DNA of 63,892 nt, filler included, from Octopus bimaculoides (GCF_001194135.2; 6 parts of 6 records of this genome joined end to end with filler, not necessarily neighbours in it); one strand, 5' to 3'; counted from the whole stretch's first letter, positions 27,880-39,259 are shown. The notes: a model not told the origin generated them from the sequence alone. Translations and numbers: made by a program.

Positions 27880-28634
27880 TATATATATGTATATGTATAT
27901 ATATATGTATATATATGTATATGTATATGTATATATATATGTATATATATGTATATGTATATGTATATGTATATATAGTTGAAATATGACTGTATAGTTA
28001 AGAGGTTTGCTTCCAAACCACATGGTTTCAGGTTCAATCTCACCACATGGCAATATGAGCGAGTGTCTTTTATTGTAGCCTCAAGCCTACCAAAGCCTTG
28101 TGAGAATGGAACGCCAGTCCAATGCAGGATCACTCATTTACAGATGAGTGGATTGGAGCTATGAGAAAGGAAGTATTTTGATAAAGAACACAACACACTG
28201 CTGGTCGGGGAATTGAAATCATGGTTTTGTAATTGGAGGTGTAACACCCTAACCACTAGGCCACGTGTCTTTGCACACTATGTATATATTCAACTGTAAA
28301 TATGTGTATATATTTGAATGTGAATGCATATGCATATGTATGTCTGTGTGTGTGTGTATGTGTCATCATCATCATCATCACCACCACCATCATCACTTAA
28401 CGCCTGTTTTCCATGCTGGCATGGATTAGAATGGTTTGACAGGAGCTGTCAAGGTTTCTACAGTTGGAGGCTCTTCCTGATCCCAACCACTTTACAGAGT
28501 GCACTGGGTGCTTTTTATGTTGTGTTGGCATGGGTGCTCTTTTACATGATGCCAATATGGGTGCTTTTTGTTCTCTTGTGTGTGTATGTGTGTGTTATAC
28601 ATCATTTCCTCGGTTTCCATATTTTCTCCCACAG

Positions 28635-28757
28635 GTAGCACTGGTTAACTCAAATGCCTGCACAGAAGAAAAGGCATCAGAATTGTCTGCTAAATACATG
28701 TTACCACTTATCCAACTTCAACAGAAGAATTTTGAATGTTCTCTGGCCACTTGGGAT
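28635..28757 (+). CDS. CCDC180: CCDC180-like (DUF4455) internal exon A: VALVNSNACTEEKASELSAKYMLPLIQLQQKNFECSLATWD
   Basis: Acceptor ttttctcccacag, donor gtaagt, 123 nt, phase 0-0, open frame. It lines up with the vertebrate CCDC180 segment KQLLDWKAFTEEEAETL...EEDLELLD (recalled from memory, not searched). Confidence 0.75.
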
Positions 28758-29353
28758 GTAAGTTCTTTTATTGCCTCTTTCACATTTGCACCAAACACAT
28801 CGCAGGGTCAAATGTACCTTCTAACAGATAGACACTACTAGTATCTTTCATCCTATGTATGCACATGTATGTATACATTTGTGTATGTGTGTGTGTGTGT
28901 ATGTGTATATATTAATTGCTAGCTGGGGCACAGTATTTCATTTTGCAACCATAACATACTACCAAGTATATTAAAGATTTACAAGTCAATAATGTCTTAT
29001 TTTCATAATAATGTCTCCATATTCTATGTCAAACCAGTAAAAAACAGAAAAGGACTATGTGGTTAAGAAGCCTGTGGTTTCAGGTTCAATCCTGAAGCAT
29101 ATATACACTGCTCAACAACTGGTGTTGGTTTGTTTACATTCTTGTAACTTGGCAGTTTCGTAAAGGAGACAAATAGAATAAGTACCAGACTTTAAAAAAA
29201 AAAAGTACCGGAGTTGCTTTTTTCAACTAAAACCTTTCAAAGCAGTGTGCTCCAGCATGGCCACTTTCAAATGACTGAAACAAGTAAAATGATAAAGACA
29301 AAAAAGAAAATTAATAAGCAACCCCCCACTGTAGCATTCGTCATTTATTTCAG

Positions 29354-29527
29354 GATGATATTACTAAAGCAATGACGTGCACCACCAAAAAGCTTGACAA
29401 AGTATATGCGTACATCTCTGCCATTGCGGACATATGGCTGAACCATACGCAGGAACTGGAGGCCCAAGATCAGAAACTGAATCAAATGTTTGCGGAGAAT
29501 AGAGAAAGACACAATGCTGATAACCAG
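29354..29527 (+). CDS. CCDC180: CCDC180-like exon B: DDITKAMTCTTKKLDKVYAYISAIADIWLNHTQELEAQDQKLNQMFAENRERHNADNQ
   Basis: Acceptor tttatttcag, donor gtaagt, 174 nt, phase 0-0. Coiled-coil character; matches the recalled ...[30 protein letters not shown] pattern. Confidence 0.8.
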
Positions 29528-29532
29528 GTAAG

Positions 29533-30036
29533 TTCATCACCAACGTTGTCAGCATCCTCACCATCATCATCATTGTCATCATCATACTGATCATAATCAT
29601 CATTATCATCATCCTCATCATCTCCGTTGTTGTTGTCATCGTCATTGTCATCATTGTCATCCTCATCGTCATCGTTGTTCTCTTTGTCATCATCATTGTC
29701 ATCATATTCATCATAATCTTCATCCTCATCATCTCCGTTGTTGTCATCGTCATTGTCATCATTGTTGTCATTGTCCTCATTCTCATCCTCATCGTCGTCT
29801 TCATCATTGTTCTCTTTGTCATCATCATTGTCATCATACTCATCATAATCATCATCATCCTCATCATCTCCGTTGTTGTTGTCATCATCATTGTCATCAT
29901 TGTCATCATCATCCTCATCGTCATCTTCATCATTGTCATCATTGTCATCATCATTCTCATCATCATCTTCATCATTGTTCTCTTTGTCATCATCATTGTC
30001 ATCATCATCATCATCACCATCATAGTCATTGTCACC
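29533..30036. repeat. Degenerate (ATC)n trinucleotide array with higher-order structure
   Basis: Marker TCCGTTGTT at 29623, 29734 and 29869; marker GTTCTCTTTGTC at 29677, 29809 and 29977. Confidence 0.9.
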
Positions 30037-30096
30037 TGCACATTATCAGTAATTTAATGCCAGTAATTACCAACCATCTTCCATTGTCTTTGAAAG

Positions 30097-30212
30097 GCTG
30101 AAGAAGCAAAGCTGGACACCATCCTTGATGCCCTCCGACAAGGACCCGATGGAGCAGCGCTTGAGAGCAACCTCAATGCTGCCCTCGCTATACTCACTCG
30201 ACTGAAGACCAG
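30097..30212 (+). CDS. CCDC180: CCDC180-like exon C: AEEAKLDTILDALRQGPDGAALESNLNAALAILTRLKT(S)
   Basis: Acceptor gtctttgaaag, donor gtaggt, 116 nt, phase 0-2. EAKLDTILDALRQ resembles CCDC180 EAHLDRLLDQLRQ (recalled). Confidence 0.8.
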
Positions 30213-30478
30213 GTAGGTAGAGAAGTACCTCACCATTTTCATTACTTGTTGGTGACGGTAGCAGTAGAGGGAAGGGTGATGACAATGAGGGTGATGCTGA
30301 ATATGATGTTGGTAATGATGATTGTGATGGTGGGGAGAGGGGAGGGATAAGGATGATTATCATGGCAGAATTGAGCTTGATGATGATGGAGATGGTGGAA
30401 ACGACAGTGATAGTAGCTGTGGTCATTACAGAGAGGACAAAGTTTTTATGAGGGTAATGATGGTGGTAGTGATGGTGA

Positions 30479-30863
30479 GTGGAGGCGCAATGGCCCAGTG
30501 GCTAGGGCAGCGGACTCGAGGTCATAGGATTGCAGTTTCGATTCCCAGACCGGGCGTTGTGAGTGTTTATTGAGCAAAAACACCTAAAGCTCCACGAGGC
30601 TCCGGCAGGGGATGGTGGCGAACCCTGCTGTACTCTTCCACCACAACTTTCTCTCACTCTTACTTCCTGTTTCTGTTGTGCCTCTAATTCAAAGGGTCAG
30701 CCTTGTCACACTGTGTCACGCTGAATATCCTCGAGAACTACGTTAAGGGTACACGTGTCTGTGGAGTGCTCAGCCACTTGCACGTTAATTTCACGAGCAG
30801 GCTCTTCCGTTGATCGGATCAACTGGAACCCTCAACGTCGTAAGCGACAGAGTGCCAACAACA
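30479..30863 (+). mobile_element. tRNA-derived SINE (Arg-like head), copy 2
   Basis: Colinear with 25371-25758 along its whole length. Confidence 0.85.
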
Positions 30864-31076
30864 ATTGGGTGCATCTATTAGGCACAAGGTCTGAAATTTG
30901 GAGGAGGGGTATAGTCAATTACATTGACCCCAGTACTCAATGGGCACTTATTTTATCGACCCTGTAAAGATGAAAGGCAAAGTTGACCTCAGTGGTATTT
31001 GAACTCAATGCAAAGACAGACGAAATGCTGCCCTGCATTTTGCCTGGTGTGTTAACAATTCTGCCAGCTTGCCAAC

Positions 31077-31109
<33 letters not shown>

Positions 31110-31438
31110 GCAATGAATATTATTGTTCTAATGATTTCATGCAAACCTGTACTGTACCAGCTGAGTGAAAGTCAAGAGTGATTTCACTACATTGAGCTTG
31201 GCACTGCTGTGAGGCTGAGCTAAAAAAAGAAACATGCCTGACAGTCCTGGTCAAGGTGATGCACCAGCCCATCTGAGATCGTGTTGCATTAGATGGTGTC
31301 CCACTTGTTTTGGGAAGACTAGATTTCTACAAAGAGGGAGAGAGAGATGGACATCCACAGGGCCAGGGCTAAGCTGATACCATGTTGCATTGGCCACCTC
31401 CCCAATCACAAAATGATATCTAGGTTTGTGCTCTAATG

Positions 31439-31706
31439 CAGGAGTTTTAAACTTTTTGACTTGCGGACCCCTTTATATTTCAGGCTTTACCTTATAAATG
31501 CTTATGAAATGTATAGATAAATATTTGCTTAAAATAACATATATTTTTACATTTATTTATTTAACAGTATTTAAAAAATAGGTTTATTGTCAATTAAAAG
31601 ATCTCCATTAAAAAAAACATATATAAAATCAAATTGCCCATAAAAAGTATTTGCTGTCCATGGACCCCCTGTCTTGTCCTTGCGGACCACAGTTTGAAAA
31701 CCCCTG
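31439..31706. mobile_element. hAT (Charlie-like) MITE with 8-bp target-site duplication
   Basis: Ends are CAGGAGTTTTAAACT and AGTTTGAAAACCCCTG. The TSD CTCTAATG is identical at 31431-31438 and 31707-31714. Confidence 0.9.
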
Positions 31707-31985
31707 CTCTAATGGATTCACAAACCCATTAGAGTATCAGACAGCATTCCTTCTAGCATTTAATTACATCTCTTCAAGTTTTCTATTGAAATTTTGTAGG
31801 GGCTGACTTCAAGGATCCAATGTAATCAGGTAGAAGTTAAGTCCTACTGGGGCCCATTTCTGCAGTTTCACCCTAATCTTCACACAATCACAAAAATATT
31901 CATTGCTCTATGTTGAAATTAAATAAAGACTTCAGGTTCTTTCCATGTTCTGATCAAATGTTCCATGGAATTCTTTTTCTATTAG

Positions 31986-32106
31986 TTACCAGAATTTCCA
32001 TGCCAAACAAATTGGCATGACTACCTTATACATTCCAATGGTGAAAGATAAATTATACCAATATGAAAGAGATATCTGCAAATTCTTCAAACTAAAGAGA
32101 TACAAT
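31986..32106 (+). CDS. CCDC180: CCDC180-like exon D: (S)YQNFHAKQIGMTTLYIPMVKDKLYQYERDICKFFKLKRYN
   Basis: Acceptor ttctttttctattag, donor gtaagt, 121 nt, phase 2-0, compatible with exon C. Resembles YECFH...[20 protein letters not shown] (recalled). Confidence 0.8.
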
Positions 32107-32636
32107 GTAAGTCTTTATTTGTTATTCCGTTTTGAATTACATATGCACACACACACATACACATAAAAGAACACAAGTGGAGTTTAAAAATTCACAACAG
32201 CTATGAGCAAAGTGAGTCAGTTTAAGTTTCTTGTTTCTACCTATGTTTAAAATCACCTGATGAAAATGGCTTTTTCTCATTATGTAATTGTTGCAATCGT
32301 ACTATTCATCAATAACAAAAAAATGCTGCTGAAACAACTGTTGTGAATTTTTAAACTTCATTTGTGTTCTTCAGTTATACAAACACTATACCTGGAACCA
32401 TCCCTAGATTGAATCTATAACTTGCACTAGATCTGGAATCTGTGTATGTGTGTACGATAGATCGCTAGCCACTATGCATTCTTTATTTTCTCTCCTTGTT
32501 TCTTTCTGTGTTCCTTTCTGTGGAAGAGCCTAGGCTCAAAACGTTAAAGACTTCTTCACTTCCTGAGCATTAAACTAATACATCTGTTTGTTGTCTACAC
32601 CACCTGTCTTTGTCTTTTGTTTTTTTTGTGAATTCT

Positions 32637-32673
<37 letters not shown>

Positions 32674-32952
32674 TCATAAATGACAAAGAAATAGTTTGAT
32701 GAAATTTTATTTAACAATAAGAAAATAACTTAATAACATGTACATAATTTATATTTATTATATTTAATCTATANNNNNNNNNNNNNNNNNNNNNNNNNNN
32801 NNNNNNNNNNNNNNNNNNNNNNNNNNNNNNNNNNNNNNNNNNNNNNNNNNNNNNNNNNNNNNNNNNNNNNNNNNNNNNNNNNNNNNNNNNNNNNNNNNNN
32901 NNNNNNNNNNNNNNNNNNNNNNNNNNNNNNNNNNNNNNNNNNNNNNNNNNNN

Positions 32953-33011
32953 AAAACTCCGAATTTCGGATGCCAGAGTGGGGGGTCCACTCCAACATCT
33001 CTTCAGTTATC
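32953..33011 (-). ncRNA. Type I hammerhead ribozyme-like motif in the PLE pseudo-LTR (copy A)
   Basis: Minus strand reads GATAA-CTGAAGA-GATGTTGGAGTGG-ACCCC-CCACTCTGGCATC-C-GAAA-TTCGGAG-TT-TT(gap). Stem II is 13 bp including G-U pairs; stem III is near-palindromic. Confidence 0.7.
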
Positions 33012-33382
33012 CAGCGACTGGAAGTTCCTTTGAAAAATGACCGTTAAACCCACAAGGGAAAATTAAAAACAAAGGGAAATAAACAAAAGGAAAAATAAAC
33101 AAAGGGAAATTATTGTGTAGTGACAAAACGCGTCTAAAACTGCGTATATCACACACGCACGCACATATCACAATGTACGCACGTATATATCTACATACGC
33201 ATGTATCCACGCACACACTCACAAGCGCGCACATTTAAAGTTCCTTGTACGTGTCTATAAGCGTACGGAAAAAAGTTTGGAGGGGAGAAAAAACAGAAAA
33301 ACTATGTGGAAAAATACAAAAAAACATTAACCCTATAGCTATGTAAAAAACATAAAAATAATTAAAAAATATATAATATATA

Positions 33383-34474
33383 CACTTCGCAGTTTATAAA
33401 GATGATGGCTTAGCTTTAACCACTAATACAAATGGACCAGCACAGGATAGATTCAGAAAGGACATTATCCAATTGATGAGAACCTTCGGCCTTAGTATAA
33501 CCGCAGACACCAACCTGACGGTCGTCAACTACCTGGATGTGTCCTTAGACCTAAATAAGAATATTTATAAACCTTATAGGAAGCCCAACGATAGACTTAG
33601 TTACATCAATGTGGGTTCCCGCCATCCCCCCATAGTGTTTAGAAATTTAGTCAAGAGCATTAGTAAAAGAATATCTAGCCTTTCCTCTGATAAGGACATT
33701 TTCAATAGCGTTGCCCCAGTATATAATAAGGCTCTAAAAGATAGTGGTTTTAACAAGGGAATAACCTATACACCTACCACCAGACCAGTAGCAAAAAGAA
33801 GAAAGCATAGAAATAGGAAAATCATCTGGTTCACACCCCCCTACTCACCTGAAGTGACCTTTAACATAGGCAGATATTTCTTGACATTGATAGACAGACA
33901 CTTTCCAGTTAACTATAATTATAGAAAGATCTTCAACAGACATAACTTAAAAATCAGTTTCAGCTCAACTGCTAATTTTAAGAATATAATCGCACACAAC
34001 ACACAAAAGCAGCAATACGAAGCCAGCTGTTCATGCAGAGATAAAAACTTGTGCCCGCTAAATGGAGCTTGCATGTCCGAAACCATCATTTATGAAGCCA
34101 CCGTAGATTCTGTATCTGCTGAGAATGCAGTTTCCATGAAGAAATACGTGGGTCTCACAGAGGGTAATTTCAAGGCCAGATACAATAATCACACCTTGAG
34201 TTTTAGGCACTGGGACAAAAGAAAAACGACAAAATTATCCAGTCATATATGGTCTTTAAAAGATAAAGGTGTCGGTTACAACATCCATTGGAAGATCTTA
34301 GCCAAGTGTAAACCCTACACCAGCGGCAGCGGAAGGTGCAGTCTCTGTGATATGGAAAGATGGCTCATCTGGAAAGGCAGCTTGGACCCTACCACATGTC
34401 TAAATTCAAAGACTGAACTTTTCGGATCATGTCCACATGTGACCAAATATTTGCTACGTTTTTGGTCCCCCTGA
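33383..34474 (+). CDS. Penelope-like RT C-terminal half plus GIY-YIG endonuclease (N-terminally truncated, about 363 codons, no stops)
   Basis: Reads HFAVYKDDGLALTT... in frame with ORF-track 33473-34474; GIY-YIG-type motif and Cys/His motifs present. Confidence 0.85.
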   Translation, partial: HFAVYKDDGLALTTNTNGPAQDRFRKDIIQLMRTFGLSITADTNLTVVNYLDVSLDLNKNIYKPYRKPNDRLSYINVGSRHPPIVFRNLVKSISKRISSLSSDKDIFNSVAPVYNKALKDSGFNKGITYTPTTRPVAKRRKHRNRKIIWFTPPYSPEVTFNIGRYFLTLIDRHFPVNYNYRKIFNRHNLKISFSSTANFKNIIAHNTQKQQYEASCSCRDKNLCPLNGACMSETIIYEATVDSVSAENAVSMKKYVGLTEGNFKARYNNHTLSFRHWDKRKTTKLSSHIWSLKDKGVGYNIHWKILAKCKPYTSGSGRCSLCDMERWLIWKGSLDPTTCLNSKTELFGSCPHVTKYLLRFWSP

Positions 34475-37400
34475 GATTACTGATAGGACTTGCTTTCTAT
34501 TATACATTTTCTTTGTGACTCTCTATAATTATTTCTTATACTTTATATATATATTTTTATGTATTTTTAAATATTTGTGCTGATCGGTGGCACTGATAGG
34601 CTTCCATATTGTGTCTATGCATAAGTTTTTTCACTTCTTACCTGAAATTTATATTTTCATTTTTTTATTTTTATATTTTTATATTATTATATATTTTTCA
34701 ATTATTTTTATGTTTTTTACATAGCTATAGGTTTAATGTTTTTTGTATTTTTTTGTATTTTTCCACATATAGTTTTTCTGTTTTTTCTCCCCTCCAAACT
34801 TTTTTCCGTACGCTTATAGACACGTACAAGGAACTTTAAATGTGCGCGCTTGTGAGTGTGTGTGTGGATACGTGCGTATGTAGATATATACGTGCGTACA
34901 TTGTGATATGTGCGTGCGTGTGTGATATACGCAGTTTTAGACGCGTTTTGTCACTACACAGTAATTTCCCTTTGTTTATTTTTCCTTTTGTTTATTTCCC
35001 TTTGTTTTTAATTTTCCCTTGTGGGTTTAACGGTCNNNNNNNNNNNNNNNNNNNNNNNNNNNNNNNNNNNNNNNNNNNNNNNNNNNNNNNNNNNNNNNNN
35101 NNNNNNNNNNNNNNNNNNNNNNNNNNNNNNNNNNNNNNNNNNNNNNNNNNNNNNNNNNNNNNNNNNNNNNNNNNNNNNNNNNNNNNNNNNNNNNNNNNNN
35201 NNNNNNNNNNNNNNNNNNNNNNNNNNNNNNNNNNNNNNNNNNNNNNNNNNNNNNNNNNNNNNNNNNNNNNNNNNNNNNNNNNNNNNNNNNNNNNNNNNNN
35301 NNNNNNNNNNNNNNNNNNNNNNNNNNNNNNNNNNNNNNNNNNNNNNNNNNNNNNNNNNNNNNNNNNNNNNNNNNNNNNNNNNNNNNNNNNNNNNNNNNNN
35401 NNNNNNNNNNNNNNNNNNNNNNNNNNNNNNNNNNNNNNNNNNNNNNNNNNNNNNNNNNNNNNNNNNNNNNNNNNNNNNNNNNNNNNNNNNNNNNNNNNNN
35501 NNNNNNNNNNNNNNNNNNNNNNNNNNNNNNNNNNNNNNNNNNNNNNNNNNNNNNNNNNNNNNNNNNNNNNNNNNNNNNNNNNNNNNNNNNNNNNNNNNNN
35601 NNNNNNNNNNNNNNNNNNNNNNNNNNNNNNNNNNNNNNNNNNNNNNNNNNNNNNNNNNNNNNNNNNNNNNNNNNNNNNNNNNNNNNNNNNNNNNNNNNNN
35701 NNNNNNNNNNNNNNNNNNNNNNNNNNTCCAGAGATGGTTTTAAACTCTTAAAACTTTTCACATAATGATTAAAGGAGCCCCTGGGGGCAGAAAACCCCTT
35801 TCCTGGGGTACATACAACTGCCTACATGGTCCACGCATTGCTTCTGTTCAAACTGGAAGAAGCAGCTACTGAAATGATATGAGTAGGTTGTATTAAATAG
35901 ATGAACTGACCCCAAGTGGTAGCAATAATAGCCTGTTCCCGAAGCACCATGGGTAGCAATTTGTTGGAATAAAAACTGTTTGGAACACACTATGTTTATT
36001 ATGAAAAATATGCTAAAATATGTTAAATCCTGAGCAACTATTCAACTATTTTCTCTTAGCTTCAGTATCAAAGTCTTCTTTCTAAGCATACACAAAACCC
36101 ATACAAATATTCTTCTGCTATTGATTACAAACCAAAATATCACGTATACATTAACCTACTAATTTACGGTGTCTAAGACCCAACTACGTTAGTTAAAGAC
36201 TGTCCTTAATGTGTCCTATTGATTCCCAACCATGTCAGCAACCCAATGTCACATGACTCGACCACGTTTGTTAGCAACCATGTCCTTAGTGTGACCTTAT
36301 GTACCCTGATGCTGCATACAGAATTGTTTTCGTTTAGGAGCTGAGTTGTCCTTACAATGATCACACGCTGTTTATGTGAAGGAGTGCACGGTTGAGCCAT
36401 GACTATTGATTCCAAACAGAAATATTGCATGACAGTATTGTTTTCAATTGCTCCTTGCCAATCCACCCACTTACCATTTCTCTCATGCAAATTTCTTTCA
36501 TGTGGTTCTGTATTTATCACATAAATGTAGTTCCAATGTCTACTGATTGTTCAGTGTGGTAGTGGCAGCACTGACAGCCGCAAAGGAGAGTATAGCCACT
36601 GAGAGATTTTTGGTGCATTCAAAAATCCCATACCCCTCACCCACTTTTCCATGACAAGGTTAGGGCCTGGAATCTTCCAAACAGACACATAACATGTCAC
36701 TTAGTCGAATTAGCTCTTCATTTACTCCACAAATGTTTTGTCGTCAATGCTGCACTTTCCCGTATCACATGTTTTAACTTAACCATATCATATATACAAA
36801 CTATGCCATTTAAATCCCAAGCAATGCCAGGTATGTCTGCTAGTCATAAATAAATTGCTTACGTGTCTACATTAATATAAAATGCAAAAAAATCCTTCAA
36901 AATAATGCAGAATTTAAGTTACGTCCTCAGGTGAAAGAAAGTCTTTGTTAAATACTAAATTCTCGACATATTGTACTATATATTGTACATGTTTTGTAGA
37001 ATGATACATTAAGGAGCTTTTTTTTATGAGTACTACCAGATTACTTGAATCCATATATTGTGACTTACATATATATATATATANNNNNNNNNNNNNNNNN
37101 NNNNNNNNNNNNNNNNNNNNNNNNNNNNNNNNNNNNNNNNNNNNNNNNNNNNNNNNNNNNNNNNNNNNNNNNNNNNNNNNNNNNNNNNNNNNNNNNNNNN
37201 NNNNNNNNNNNNNNNNNNNNNNNNNNNNNNNNNNNNNNNNNNNNNNNNNNNNNNNNNNNNNNNNNNNNNNNNNNNNNNNNNNNNNNNNNNNNNNNNNNNN
37301 NNNNNNNNNNNNNNNNNNNNNNNNNNNNNNNNNNNNNNNNNNNNNNNNNNATTTGGCAAAGTTTCTACAGCTGGATGCCCTTCCTAACGCCACTACACTC

Positions 37401-39259
37401 AGAGAGTGTAGTGGGTGCTTTTACGTGTCACCCGCACGAAAACGGCCATGCTCGAAATGGTGTCTTTTATGTGCCACGCGCACAAGAGCCAGTCCAGGGG
37501 CACTGGCAACGATCTCGCTCGAAAACCCTACAAGGCCAGTCAGGCGGTACTGGAGCACCGTCAGAGTGTGATCATTGCCAGAGCAGCTGTCTGGCTTCCA
37601 TGCCAGTGGCATGTAAATAGCACCATTTGAGTGTGATCGTTACCAGTGTCGCCTTACTGGCACTTGTGCCGGTGGCACGTGAAAAGACATTCGAGCGAGG
37701 TCATTGGCAGTGCTGCTGGACTGGCTCCCATGCAGGTGGCACGTAAAAAAACACCATTTTGAGCGTGGCCATCGCCAGTACTGCATGACTGGCCCATGTG
37801 CCAGCAGCACATAAAAGCACCCACTACACTCTCGGAGTGGTTGGCGTTAGGAAGGGCATCCAGCTGTAGAAACTCTGCCAGATCAGATTGGAGCCTGGTG
37901 CAGCCATCTGGTTCGCCAGTCCTCTGTCAAATTGTCCAACCCATGCTAGCATGGAAGGCAGACGTTAAACGATGATGATGATGATGATGCATAAACTGTC
38001 TTGGACCCTGATGAATTCTCCAGCCCATGTTAACATGGTAAATGAACTAATCCACCCGCTTCACTGGGTCCACCCTCCTTTCTTCATTATTAATCATCAC
38101 TATTCTCTCTCTTATTCTCTCATAAAAAATCTCTTCTTTTGCGATACCAGTATTGTTGGTGTTGGCTTGGAGCTTCTAAAGTGACTGAGAGACCCCATGA
38201 TGTAACAGTGTCAATACAGGGCATGCAAGGGCTTTACAAGGGCTTTTTATTCCTGCTGGTAGCAAGGGAATCTCTATAGGGCTGGTTCCATGAAAAATGC
38301 ACCCAATGCACTCTGTAAAATGGTTGGCATTAGGGAAGGCATCTAGTTGTAGAAACCTTGAGAAAGATATTGTAACTCAATGCAGTCCTCTGACCCGTCA
38401 GATATTCTGAGTCCAAACGCTGCTAAAGGCTGATTTCAGATGCATTCATCAAGCTATCCAACCCATGCCAGCATGTAAGATGGACATTAAATAATAACAA
38501 TGATGACAGTAACTTGAAGCTCTATTAAACCTAGGTTTTCAAACTGTGTTATCAGAATATATATTCAGAATATATAAACATATTGGAGGTATCAGAGGAG
38601 AAACAAATAGTTGTAATTTATGCAATATAATTATTGATAGAGAATATTTAAAACAGAAATGGCCCAAACAACCATTTTGCAGAGTGTACTCGGTGCATTT
38701 TTCATGGCACAGAATGCACCGGGTGCATTTTTCATGACACCAGCCCTATAGAGGTTATCTTGCTACCAGCAGGACTAAAGAGCCCTTGTAAAACGTTGCA
38801 ATCCCTGCATTGACACTGTTACATCATGGGGTCTCTCTGTACTCACAAGCTCCAAGCCGACCCCAACAATACTGCTGTCACAAAAGACGCCCAATACACA
38901 AAAGGAGATTCTATGTGACTGTATGAATTATTTCAACAATTTATGAATCTGTACCATGTAGTGTAGAACAGTTATCTCAATCCATTGTGTATATATGGGT
39001 CTCATGAAATTTAACCAAGTCTCTACAAAGCACTTTCTAGAGTAGTAAATTTAAACATCTTCACTGCAGATATCTGAAACATCAACACCATCATTTTAAT
39101 GTCTACTTTTCCATACTTACATGGGTCAGACAAAAGTACACATGGACAGAGTTTTCAGTTGCTGGATGCTCTTCCTGTCACCAATCAACCTTCTTTCCAA
39201 GTGAGGTATTAATTATCTGTTCTGAAATAAAGAATTAACACTCACCTATGATGATTTTC

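Larger units (their letters stand above)
32953..35035 (+). mobile_element. 5'-truncated Penelope-like retroelement with C-terminal GIY-YIG endonuclease and inverted pseudo-LTR
   Basis: Frame is open from 33383 to 34474. It contains YKDDGL (RT catalytic motif), a thumb region, IIWFTPPYS, CSCRDKNLC, IIYEATV...YVGLTEGNFKARYNNH and CSLC...CPH. Segment 33039-33380 is the reverse complement of 34683-35035. Both ends run into gaps. Confidence 0.9.

Noticed and set aside
29364-30041. 225-aa Met-rich ORF on the minus strand
   Set aside because: It is the ATG frame of an (ATC)n array, so openness follows from the repeat.
33473-34490. Selenoprotein-type (Naiad-like) interpretation of the PLE
   Set aside because: The endonuclease is C-terminal rather than N-terminal, all Cys codons are TGT/TGC, and there is no internal in-frame TGA. 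The terminal TGA is followed by a second TGA and a TAG within three codons.
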